A DNA stretch of 59,005 nucleotides, the filler included, from Ionaspis alba (taxonomy: Eukaryota), in NCBI GenBank assembly GCA_964255285.1. It is 4 parts of 4 records of this genome, joined end to end, with 100 filler letters (N's around TTAATTAATTAA, not from the genome) between each part and the next. Parts side by side here need not be neighbours in the genome. Positions count along the whole stretch, not along the records: positions 29,596 to 44,277 come from CAXUUL010000407.1; positions 44,378 to 59,005 come from CAXUUL010000408.1; 2 more parts are not named here. One strand, given 5' to 3'. The notes beneath the pieces were generated by a model. The model made no database searches, had not been told where the DNA came from, and was given only the letters and a program-made list of their open reading frames with translations. This document shows, piece after piece, positions 35,362 through 46,852 of this stretch; position 1 is the stretch's first letter, and each line of letters opens with the position of its first letter. Made by a program: the position numbers and the translations under genes.

Positions 35362-36334
35362 TCAAGGAACCCCTTTACCGGCCCTGGTTGCTTTTGCCAA
35401 TTCACTTTGGGCAGTGTTCTCTGCACTGCAATCACATCTTGTCAGCACTATTTCTGCATCTTCAATTGGCATACTCACTATCTCTTATAGATGGGGAGGT
35501 AGTGTTCCCTGTCACTTGTCGTCTCTTTGATACTCTTTCTCTCCTGAATGGCAGAATACCACTTCCTCCATCTGGCCCAGCTTTTCTCCTTCTCACCTCC
35601 CTTACCCTCTGCAGGAGCTCCGAGTCCACCCTTGAAGTGGTCGAACAACCAGAGACGAACTACAAAGGGTGCTATATTGAAGTCAACCAGGGAGGGTTCC
35701 GTACCCCAGAAGAATGGCCCATCTGCATCCATGGCATCTGCAAATTGAACCAGCGTGTCCAAGAAGCCCGAACGTGCTTCTTCGAGAGACACGGACGCTT
35801 GACCTTCTTGATGCTGCAAGAACCGATGGAAGGCTGGAATGAGACGTGTACTGACGAAGTCAATCCAGATCCTAGTCTTTGCCCTTTCATATGGGTCGGA
35901 TGGAAGCAATTTGGATCCGTGATCTGGATATGCTTCTTCCAAGAACTCGCAGACCACTGTGCTCTCATAAAGTGGCTTGTTGTCGTATTGAAGGGTCGGG
36001 ACTAGACCTCGAGGGTTGAGGTCTAGTAGGCTCTTGGGTTTGTGGTATGGGTTGACCTCCACATACTGATACGGGATGGCTTTCTCCTCCAGTACCAGCC
36101 ATACTCGTTGCACTGTACTCATCTATCAGACAGGGAATACGGACATGGGCGTGTGATGTCTACCAAATCTACAAAGATGTTAGCTTGTATAGAAGTTCTT
36201 GTCTACTATATTTTGACTTACGGACAAAACCATCCAGCGTACAGCACCAAAGGCTCCTGTTTCTTATGCTTTTCTACCGTGGTCTTCGCAAGGCCGGTAG
36301 CCTCAGGATGGAGATCTGCATCTGGAGGAGGCAT
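35362..36334 (-). CDS. Glutathione S-transferase (Cys-type/omega-like), 4 exons including a 5-nt microexon
   Basis: Spliced LYAGWFCP|F|VQRVWLVLEEK...NPRGLVPTL...LYESTVVCEFLEEAYP...PSLVDFNIAPF...Y|AENTAQSELAKATRAGKGVP*. Confidence 0.92.
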
Positions 36335-36719
36335 TCTGATCGTTTCACAAAAACAATGATAATCAGGAGAATCAAGTTGCTGGTTATGTCTGATTAGAAG
36401 TCACAATGTTTGGCATAAAAAACTTTGGGCGTGGCGTGCATAGTACCCCTCCACAGGGCTTGCAAAACGTGGCAAACCAAACGGAATTATGCCACAAATT
36501 GCGTCAACCAAATTGAGCACCTGGAAGCCACTCCGTCCGCAAATGCTCTAAGGGACGTCCCAGTGGGTTGCCAACTAAAATGTTGCTTTGGTTTGCCGAG
36601 TTCTTGAACGGCGTGCCCAATGATGGATCTCTGACGCAATTATGTCACAAATCCCTACCATACCCCGCATTCCCGGCTAACTTGACCGATCGTTCCACGA
36701 GTCGAATTACAGCATTGGA

Positions 36720-38073
36720 ATGGACATTGTAGCCTCCAATGCAGATCTCCTACAGCCACACTCGTCTGGTAGAAAGGACATCTTGCCACTAAGAGGTCGT
36801 CTTGCTCCTCTGCAAACAAAGGCTGAAGCTCAGGCTCGGCTGCAACTGATTGACGCCTACGTGATTGAGGTACCTTCAAAATCTGCCAATACCCTCTTGA
36901 GGTATGACTGCCTTGAATCAGGCTTGGACATTATAATTCAAGACTACTAGGGCCGTTGATCAGGCTCTCGATAGGGCTTCTTCCGACAATGTGAATCTAC
37001 AGCACCTCCGGCGCTTTGCGAAGCCCACACTCCTCCCTGTAGAAATACAAGAGCGCCTCGGCGCTTCAGACAGATCAAGCAATGAACAGCTGCTCTGTGA
37101 GAACCCTACCGACAAGGGAGACGATAACAGCAACGAGGACGGAGAGCCAGCATTGATTGCTCAAACGCTGTACCTGCTAGTTGGCGCAGTGTCGCAGGCA
37201 CCCCATAGAGAGATTCTCGACGTTGTCTCCGCACACTTTTCTCTCGCTGGTCTCACTGAAAACCCGCCCCTTCACACAATACCCGTGCCAGCCACACCAC
37301 CAACCTCCGAGGACCAAGCCAAGGAGTGGAGCGAAGCCTACTGGCCGACGATCTACAAAAAGCACAACCCTAATGGACCACATCCGAGCATAGTATTACG
37401 GGCTGAGGATGGCATTCAGCCATTCGTAGGTCAATGGATGGCTCTGGCGCAGCACGTTGCCAATGAATCCCAAGTGCAGGTCATTGGGGAGAGCTTCGGT
37501 GCCGTCATAGTGAACCCCAGTGCCATTGCTGGATCGCCTGCAGTCGTTACAGTCGCGTGCGACGCTCGCTGGAGAGACACGTCGAGTAGCGAGCACTTTG
37601 GAAGTGGAAACGTCATGGCTCACGCCGTCGTGCGAGCCATTGCTTTGGTGGCAAGAAAAAGACGGATACGCGGAAACGAAATGAAACAAGCATCGCCGGA
37701 CTCGAGCATTTTCCTAGACTACCCCCTCACGCCCACGGAAGAAACATTTTTTGACGCAGATACGCTGAAGGCAGGTGGGTATCTCTGCACAGGGCTGGAA
37801 ATTTACCTCACTCACGAGCCATGTGTAATGTGCTCAATGGCAATCTTGCACTCCCGGTTCGACAAAGTCGTATTTGGCACGCGTATGCCAGCCACAGGGG
37901 GTTTAACGGCTGAGGTTACAGAGGATGGCTCTGAAAAGGGAGGACTGGGTTACGGACTCTTCTGGCTCCCGGAGCTGAACTGGAAGTTATTGGCATGGGA
38001 GTGGATTGAGGACAGAGCTGAAGATGGTAGGCTTTCGAATGGCGAGACTCGTTTGAAAGCCTTGCATGCGTGA
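36720..38073 (+). CDS. TAD3: tRNA-specific adenosine-34 deaminase, non-catalytic subunit, 2 exons
   Basis: LQHLRRF, WPTIY, HAVVRAI (Val in place of the catalytic Glu), YLCTGLEIYLTHEPCVMCSMAILHSRF, LNWK. Confidence 0.93.
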
Positions 38074-38538
38074 TGGTAGGTGTAGGGTATCAACTGCATA
38101 GACCTACTAATGTTTTTACATTCTGCCTGGATCTCTACCAAAGTGAGCATAGTGTCTGTGGCATCAGCGAAGGATTGTTGCGTCGTATTTGAGTCGCACA
38201 AGCCAAGTCCAACCGTGCTATTAAACAAGGTGTGTATGGATAGAGCTGGGGCAGTTATGTCGGCCGTACAGGGACTTAGGTCTGTACATAAAGCTTCCGC
38301 ACATTTAACGTGCTGACTCCTACGATATGTAGCTGACATCTGAAATGAAAAGTCTCAGGAACAACCACTATAACCAAATCCAAACAGGGGAAACCCCGTG
38401 GGCCGTCAACGCCAGCTCAATGTACATTTTAACCCAACTACATACCGCAAACAAACCTCAATATTGGAATTGATCTCCACTTGATAACGTCAGGACACCA
38501 TCAACTCCGAAACATAGAAGTCAGCTCGAACGATACCG

Positions 38539-39717
38539 CTAACAGCGCGCCGGCACCTCATTCGACGTGATACCTTTCTCCTCTCCCTGCCCAACAACAG
38601 GCCACTCGTCCTCCCTATCCCAATATCTGCTATCGCCTCCTCCGTTCTTGTTCTTCCTAAACAACCTCCCGATATCAAATGGATCGAGAAACAACCAGTA
38701 CCACTTCCTCTTGTCCTCCCAACCAGGCCCTCTTCTCTCCGTAACTCCATCCTTACACAAGAACACTCTCGCATCCCCAGGAAGCAGTCTGGCAGGATGC
38801 ATCACATTCCACAACACCGCATTGACGAGCATCGTCACGCCATCAAAAACGTAGAGGAAGGCCTCCCTCTTCATAACATAGCCGTCTGGTCCCTCGAAGG
38901 TCTCAACAATGCGGTAGATGTTTCTCACCGTGATCAGCGCCGAGCTGATGAACATCGCAATCAGCACCTGTCGGAATTTGCCACTTAGCACGCCGGCACG
39001 CTGGCTGCGGGTGAAGAAAAGGACAATGACTGATACGAAGGCGAGGAAGAGGAAGAGCTGAAGAATGAGCGAGGCTTTGATGATGGCAATGCCGGCGTTG
39101 AAGTTGTCGATGTTGGTAGGGTCTGAGAGCCGAGAGGCGCCTTGGCCTGTCAGAATCTCGACAGCCGCGTCAAGCGCGAGGAAGGTCGTGATCATACGCG
39201 TGGGGTGAGCCGGGGAATGGGTGGGGAGGTAGTGGAGGGCGCGAGCTAGCATGAAGTAATTTGCAGCGGCATAGACGGGTCTGTACAGGGTGTGAGTCAG
39301 TAAGTGCATTGTAGGGAGAGGCCTCTACTCCAAATGGGAGATAGATTGATACTCACGGTGCAAGGTACAGAAGCACCACCGTTGCGATGTAAACTCCGAG
39401 CTCATCGGCATGGAAGACGGAGACCTCACGCACCGCGAAGCCGGCTACAAAGAGGATGCTACCCCACGGGAGGAGGCTGGTAAAGCGCCATGATTTGGAT
39501 TTGCTGGGAATGTTAGTCTGAGCTAAGAAGACATGAAGGGATGGCCACGAACATTGTCTGGTAGAAATGGAGAGTGCTGGAGATCAGGAATAGCACGGCG
39601 AAGAGAACTGGTGCTACTTTGCTCGGATTGTAAGGGTAGACTAGACAGTCAGTGAATGCGTGAGAAGCAAGGCGGAACAGGAGAAATCTTACTGCTTCCT
39701 TGGATCTTGTTAGTCAT
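38539..39717 (-). CDS. RTA1-like 7-TM membrane protein (RTA1/RSB1 family), 4 exons
   Basis: MTNKIQGS|IYPYNPSKVAPVLFAVLF...PVYAAANYFMLARALHYLP...LQLFLF...ITVRNIYRIVE...REAFLYVFDG...HPARLLP. Confidence 0.9.
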
Positions 39718-40101
39718 GCTGGCTGGAGACCGAGACTATGTTGCTCTCAATGGCAATCGGTTCAGTGGAGCTATAGGATAGTCTGATCAAATTTGCTTTG
39801 AGGAGTTTCGACCTTCGGAAATGAGTGGGTGACAAATGACCCTCTGAACATTTATGAGGTCGAAGAAGGAGTGAGACGAGCATTTAATATCCAATCTCTG
39901 GATGCCGAGCATCGTAGTGGTGACTGTCAGACGAACAGAGCCTCATGCAACCTCAAAATTCGCGGACCCCGCAGCAACAAGCAGAAAATATGGCAGACGC
40001 GCGCAAGGCACACTGCACATCAACAGATATTGAAATGCTTAGTCCTGATACGCTGAATGTCCTTCTCTCAAGGACAGGCCGTCTTGATTAGGTGAGGGTG
40101 A

Positions 40102-40201
40102 NNNNNNNNNNNNNNNNNNNNNNNNNNNNNNNNNNNNNNNNNNNNNNNNNNNNNNNNNNNNNNNNNNNNNNNNNNNNNNNNNNNNNNNNNNNNNNNNNNN
40201 N
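40102..40201. other. 100-N scaffold gap
   Basis: Run of 100 N in the RTA1/TRS130 intergenic region. Confidence 0.95.
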
Positions 40202-40454
40202 CCTATCAAGTGAAAAAACCTAGTGCCACATTGTAGTCGCGCTTTGTTGTGCGAGGCCAGGTCCAAGACAACGAAATGTATTAATTATGTAGGAGGCTAA
40301 GTCTAGGATGAGAAAAGACAATTAAGTGTTCACTCTATAATGATTAAGCAGTGTCTTGCGTCACGGGTATCAAATCTGAGCTAGCCACTGCGAGATGAGC
40401 CTTTAAGAAACAGGATGCCACGATGGGTCCCTCGTTGCAAATACAGCACATAAA

Positions 40455-43400
40455 ATGGAAAGCCCGAGCACCTCGAGCTCGAGCAGGGTGAAAGGTACCA
40501 ATGAATTCATATCCAATATTACATTTTACTAACTCTAATCGATCACGTAGTTGAATATACAGATCCATCCGGGATATTTCCTCTCATATCTAAGGATATT
40601 AATTCAAGACTTCCGCTTCACAATCTCCACTGGAATTCGGCGTCTCGACCGCTTCGGTCTATTGACTCGTTATACGTTGAGCTTATCCCTGATGAGAAGA
40701 ATCGGTCAATTTCCCAAAGCCGCTCCGTCTCGTCTGCAGGTATTCCAGGTAGTCATGATAGTATATCATCACCGGGCTTCCCAGTAGATGCCCGGAGAGA
40801 ATCGGAACCCGTGCTGCGGAGGGAGAGGAGGCATCAGATCCCTGGCCTGCGGCAGACACCATATCTAAAGGTGTACTTTCTCCGCTGTGATGATGCTGAA
40901 ACCTACAAAGCTTCATCTAGAAAGCTTTTGCGGGAATGGATCAAGGCACACACGCCGCCCTCTCAAAGCAGTACACCCCACAGCAGTCAGGAGAGTCATG
41001 ATGCTTTCGACTGGATGATACTGCATGTTGTACTGCCTGATGTACAGAGTAGTTCGGTCTGGCCAAGTCGTAACTCTTCAAGCGTTCTAGAAAAGATAAG
41101 AGCGGACTTCAACAGCTCCTCAAAGTCGTCGGTCGATCGAGTTGCCCAAGTGCCAGCTACTCGAAGTCTACAAGTTCAAGGAGTGACGGTCAATCCAATC
41201 CCAACCGGACCAGCAAAAGAAGAGTTCCTCAGAGAGGCTGAAAAGGCATGGGAAGACCTTTTAGGGAAGATCAAATCCTCGATCCTGACCTCGTTCGATC
41301 TTCGAGTGCACCAGTACGAGGAAGATATCAAGGAGAAGAGCTCACAGAGGAACTTACCAGGATGGAACTTTTGCACTTTTTTTGTTCTCAAGGAAGGACT
41401 AGCCAGGGGCTTCGAAAGCGTTGGCCTGGTCGAGGATGCTCTAATGGGCTACGACGAGCTTGCCGTAGAGCTCGACGTTGCTATCAAAGATCAAAAGCAA
41501 AAATCTCTTGCAGGACTCGAAGCTGGTTTGTTCCGAGAGCACACACAAGAACTTCTCATTCAAGCCGAGATCGCTATGGCAGCGATACGAGGCGTTGATG
41601 TTAAGAAGTCTGACGTCAAAAGATCAAGTATTTCGATCCTGGATGCGGATAGAAAGTCATATCGCGAGCTAATACTAGCGAACAACATCTCAGTCTTTGA
41701 TTTCCAGAGCTATGTCTTTGCTAGGCAGGTCGCACTGCTTTCAAGAATCGCTGGACTCCGTATGCTGAACGAAGAATCGCAGCCTGCTTCATCGGAGAAA
41801 GTCAGCTCTGGCAGAGACACAAATGATCTTACAGTTGTTGCAGAAATATGTCGACGAGCTATTCAGTTCATTACCTCTACTTGTAGCATCATTCGTGAAG
41901 ATCTGAAGGCATCCTTCAAGATCGATCGGTCTACAGATGAACAGTCTCTAGCTTTGCGATATTGTATCATTGAAAACATTATTGCCTCCTGGACATTCTC
42001 CTCCTGCAATCAGATTCTTCATCGAACAGAGGAGGAGCCATTAGCGAGACAGATCCAAGCGCTCACAAAGAAAGTCGCATCGCCCATTTCAAGCCCCCGA
42101 GCGAGAAGCCCTCTACGCAACGAACCAGGAACCCAGAGACTGTCAGTAACTGGTCTGTCGGGCTTTCCAAACCGAATGAGCTCTTTGATTGGTGGCAAAT
42201 CGCTAGCACTAGCTGCTCCCAGTCAACCTGCATTCCCAGAAGAGCTTGCGTTCTCTAAAGATCCCCCGTCGCGGGCTGAAGCGCTGACTGGGCTGGACTA
42301 CCTCGCGGCGCAGCGAGCAGAGCTATACCTTATCACTCGACGGGCTTTGAGTGGTATTGGATTCCGTGAGGGTTGGAAGACCGGATGGTCAGCTGTATCT
42401 AGCGGAGAGCAAATTGAAGACGATCACCTTGACGAGATTTCACTCGAAGAAGCCTCGCATGAAGCACCCTCTGATAAAGAACATACTTCCCCGCCAAGCC
42501 AGCTGTCGATAATGGCAGGACTACAGAATGAGGGCTTACACACAGCATTATCATCTCGCAGCAGCTTCTTCGCACTCTATGAGGTACCTCTACATGATTT
42601 CCTTCCCAGACTATCGTCACCAAGCTAATTATCCAGGATCTCACTATCGCCGCTACGCAGCTTTACCAGGTGTCAGGGGATCAGAAATCAGCCAACACAA
42701 TGGTAGCTGATCTTGCCATAGTACGATAGTATGCCGTTCTGCCCTTGATATATTATTCATCCTCTAACGCAGTCCAGCTCTTTGGAGGACTTTGCTGCTG
42801 CTGCGGGCTACTTTCATCATTTGGCTCCATTCTATGCTCAGGATGACTGGAGTGAGCTGGAGATGTCAATTTTGGACATGTATGCTCAATGTCTTCAAAA
42901 ACTTGGACGAAAGAGTGACTACGTACGAATCGCACTGAAGATCGTGGCCAAAGATGTTCAGAAGCATCGTCGTAGTTCTGGATTTAAGACTACCAAGCAC
43001 CTCAAGTCCATTACAGGCTCCTTAGACAGACAAATCGTGGATACCCGAGCTTACCTGCGAAGTTTGTTGGTAATATCTAAGGACCTGAAAGAGATGGTCA
43101 CAACGCCGCTGAAAAGATATTTTGCAATCGTTCACATCAACCCCCACCTCAGGCACTTTGATGACAAAGACGGGTTTGAATTGGCAGTAGACTTGAGATA
43201 TGTCATGCCCCTCCCCCTAAAGGCACAGAAGTTCGAAGTCAGGCTTGTCAGCGCAACCGAAGGACAGTCTCGAGATATCTGGCTCTCATCTAAGGACGCA
43301 GTGACTATGATTCCGGGTCAGAATCAGATACTCGTTGCATCAAATGTATGGTGCTCTCACTGGGCTATTCTTCCTCTTAAGGGCTAACGGTTCTAGGTTC

Positions 43401-44277
43401 TCGTCTATGATTGGTACATTGTGGACAAGATTAGAATACAAGCAGACAATGTTGTTTTTTTACACGACCTCTCTGCGATTGAAGGTACTAAATTTTTCAC
43501 GGACGCACGCGATCAGGCACCTGTCGAGGCTTCCGTCGTCAGAGACAGCCGAATCCTCGTGTGGCCCTCTCAAAAGGCATTTGAGCTTCAAGTATCATTG
43601 TGCCCGGATATCCATCTGGAGAAACCCAAATCAGTAATCTTTGAGCTGTCTAGTGGCCACAATCACATCAGCGGTGGGAGGCTATTAGTCCGAGCTGGCT
43701 CAGCTGGATTACGACTACACACCGGAGACGCGGAGACATATCGTGAAAGTGCAGGTACAATTCGGACCACGGAGACAGGCGTAGTTCATTTCGACGCAAT
43801 CCAACCGAGCTCGACAATGAAGATCCAGATACCTTACAAGCTTGAGAACGACATGAAGGAGATCATCATTCGAGCGGAAGTCACCTATTCGACGATCGAT
43901 GGGGAGTTCGTCTACGCTTTCAGTCAAGTGCTGCCGATACTACTGCCGCTGGGAGTAAATGTGCAGGACGTCTTCAAACACGATGTACTGTTCTCTAAAT
44001 TTGCCATGAGCAGTTCAACGTCCATCCCTTTGCGTCTTTTGAGCTGCCTGCTTCAGGGAACAGATGACTTTGAGGCGACATCGCCGAAAATGGAAGACGC
44101 TGGACTCTTCGTGTCCACTAAACAGCCTGTCTCTATGGTTTATAGGATCGTTCCAAGAAAAAGAAATCAGGCTCATAAATTGCAGACAAAGCTCTCGTTA
44201 CACATTGATTATGTATGCCTTGATGAAGAGATCGTGGCTGTGGTCAAAGAATGCTTCTCGACTTGTCTGAAGCATAG
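40455..44277 (+). CDS. TRS130: TRAPP II complex subunit TRAPPC10/Trs130, multi-exon, 3'-truncated at contig edge
   Basis: V|EYTDPSGIF...LPLHNLHW..RPLRSIDSL, RRHQIPGLRQTPYLK, LPGWNFCTFFVLKEGLARGFESVGLVEDAL..YDEL, ISVFDFQSYVFARQ, LPLGVNVQDVFK. Confidence 0.92.
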
Positions 44278-44377
44278 NNNNNNNNNNNNNNNNNNNNNNN
44301 NNNNNNNNNNNNNNNNNNNNNTTAATTAATTAANNNNNNNNNNNNNNNNNNNNNNNNNNNNNNNNNNNNNNNNNNNN
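44278..44377. other. Artificial contig linker N44-TTAATTAATTAA-N44
   Basis: Same linker as at 14700. Confidence 0.97.
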
Positions 44378-44414
44378 TCCGACTGTACAAAGAGCTTGTC
44401 TTCTACTTTTTCTC

Positions 44415-45334
44415 ATGCTTTCCTCCCTTGTCCGTCTCCCTGCCACTGCATCTCCTGAGCCAGAAGACATTTTCTCCTCTGCTTTAGGTCTGATATTCAC
44501 GGATGATCTTCGCAACCAACATGGCGATCCTGGATCTGACGTTGTATATAAAAGCAAGGTCTACGGCGACTTAGAACTAAGACTTGTGGATCCGCAAGGC
44601 GAGGATAGTCGAAGACTCTTCGCACAATATCTATGGAACGCAGGCGTCCTTATGGCGGAATTTGTTGGCGGTAGTATGGAACCGGAAAAAGGTGAGATGT
44701 GGGAGGTGAAGGGGAAGAGAGTGCTGGAGCTTGGTGCTGGTGGGTGAGAGACATCATTTCTTCTTAAAGTATCTTGTATTAGAGAGAGCGTATTAAAATA
44801 GGTACAGGGACCGGATTGGCCGGGATCGTGAGCGTACTGGGTGGAGCTGAGGAGGTCGTTGTCTCCGACTATCCAGCTTCAGAAATCTTGGCCAATATTA
44901 TAGTCAACATTAAGCGGAACGTTCCAGCAGCCTTGCAGTCACGCATCGATGTGGAAGGCCATGAATGGGGTGTTTTGACTGACGACTTCTCTCAAGCCTA
45001 TCACCACGCCTTCACCAGGATATTAGCTGCAGATTGTCTCTGGATGCCCTGGCAGCACGTTAACTTAGTACTGTCTATGCTGCACTTCCTCTCTCACGAG
45101 CAAGACGCCAGGGTCTGGGTGATTGCTGGCTTCCACACCGGACGGGCGAAGCTTGCTCCCTTCTTCGAGGTCGCAATGGAGCATGGTCTGGAAATCGAGA
45201 ATATTTGGGAGCGAGACGCTGACGGACAGCTGCGAGAATGGACTCACGTGCGAGATGGCGGTAAAGAGGATATCTCCGGCCGCAAGAAGTGGCTTGTAGT
45301 CGCCATTCTACGTCGTCCCTCTCCACCACAGTAG
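44415..45334 (+). CDS. EFM7/NNT1-family (Methyltransf_16) SAM-dependent protein methyltransferase, 2 exons
   Basis: LFAQYLWNAGVLMAE, VLELGA|GTGLAG, SDYP, GHEWG, ILAADCLW; may be a paralogue rather than the EFM7 orthologue. Confidence 0.82.
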
Positions 45335-45370
45335 TGGCAGCAAGCTCATAGCCATTGTTGCCCTTCAATC

Positions 45371-46157
45371 TCATGTCTGTCGCCGAAAGCAAACAGTAGA
45401 AATGGTCTGTCCCTTCCTGCCTCCGAAACTGAAGCTAGGATATTGCACCCTGCCGACAACATCCAAATCTCCGCCGGTGAGCCACTTCTCTAGCTCTTCC
45501 TCGGTCCAGTTGCAGCTTGTAACAAGCAATACGCCACCTCTCCGCACCAATCCTTCCACTCTCTCCTTGTAGCCCTCACATACCCTGCGTCCATGTGCAT
45601 CTAGCTCGGCGCTCAGTGAGATGGCGTCGAACGTCCCTTTGTCCAGCACCACGTCAAACCCACCCTCTGGCATCCATCCACTCTCGGCTGCCACGGGAAC
45701 AGCATCGCGCAATACGTCCCAAACCTCGAACCTCACCTCTCCCTCGCCGCTACCCAGCCCCTTTCCTGCAGCCACACTCCTAGCCAGCTCCAAACACTCA
45801 GCCGCGTAGTCCACACCCACCATCGGTCCTTTCCACTCCTCCTCCCTCAAAGCAAACAGCATTGAGCCATTCCCGCAACCAAGATCTAGGAATGTGTTGC
45901 TGGCTGAGTTAAGCCCCAGTGAGGAGGCTTCCGAAGAGAGGAAGTCAAGAACTTTCTCTTCGGCTGCGGAGTCGGAGAACCAGACAGTACCGATGTCGGT
46001 TGGATCTGAGGTGTGGTTTTGGAGCTCAAGGGCGTAGGTCTTTTGCCAGCTATATAAAACTATCAGTCGTTGGCTAGACATACGAGGAAGCAATTGTAGG
46101 AGGGAATTCATACTATTCTTTCGTACCTAGGGGACTGGGTTCAAGATGGGTTGGCAT
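45371..46157 (-). CDS. EFM4: eEF1A lysine N-methyltransferase Efm4/See1, 2 exons
   Basis: PSPLGTKEY|W..Y..EL.N...D.GTVWF, LDLGCGNG, GVDY, VLDKGTFDAISL, LVTSCNWTEEEL, YPSFSFGGRKGQTI. Confidence 0.93.
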
Positions 46158-46852
46158 TGTTGGTGTGCTCGAGGTCAATTATGGCTGTTCAGAGCTAGGG
46201 CTATGCATCACCGAGGGTGCCCTGATTGAAGCATAATCTGATAGGCGGCAGTACAACCCTTAAATAGCTTGGGTCGCCGATTTTCTACTAGGAACTCTTT
46301 AGGGCACGGTCTTAACCGAGAACAACTTCTGGGGACATTCCGTACCGGCCAACTCAAAGGGGAAAGCGGCGCAACAAGCCATGGGACCAGATTCCTGCTC
46401 CCCACTAAATTCCAGGAGTGTCGGGTGCTTTGTCAATCCCATTCTACATACAGGCCAACATTCTACCTTACTGTAATCGTTTAAGAACTTTGATTAAGCA
46501 TTCAGACCGAACACGATCCCTAATGTCCAACACAATCAGATTCACAAGAAGGTTTCAATCGCTGTCCCTCCCGTAGATGGATTGGCGTAGGAAGTCCAGC
46601 TTAGCAGGCATGCAGAATGTCTTGTAAGTAAAATAGGGATCACAGTGAGGACGAATCTTATGTTGAGTAAAAGGGTGTCAATGAACATACTTCGAATAAG
46701 AGATAGCAGAGTGACGTCTTCCATTTGCTCCACACTGTATATACAAACACCTCCATGCTCAAAATACTGGCGAGCCCCGCCATGACAAAGACGCCGTTAT
46801 GCTACTGACCCAAACATATACATCCGTAAGAAATTATCACAAAGCACCTGTC

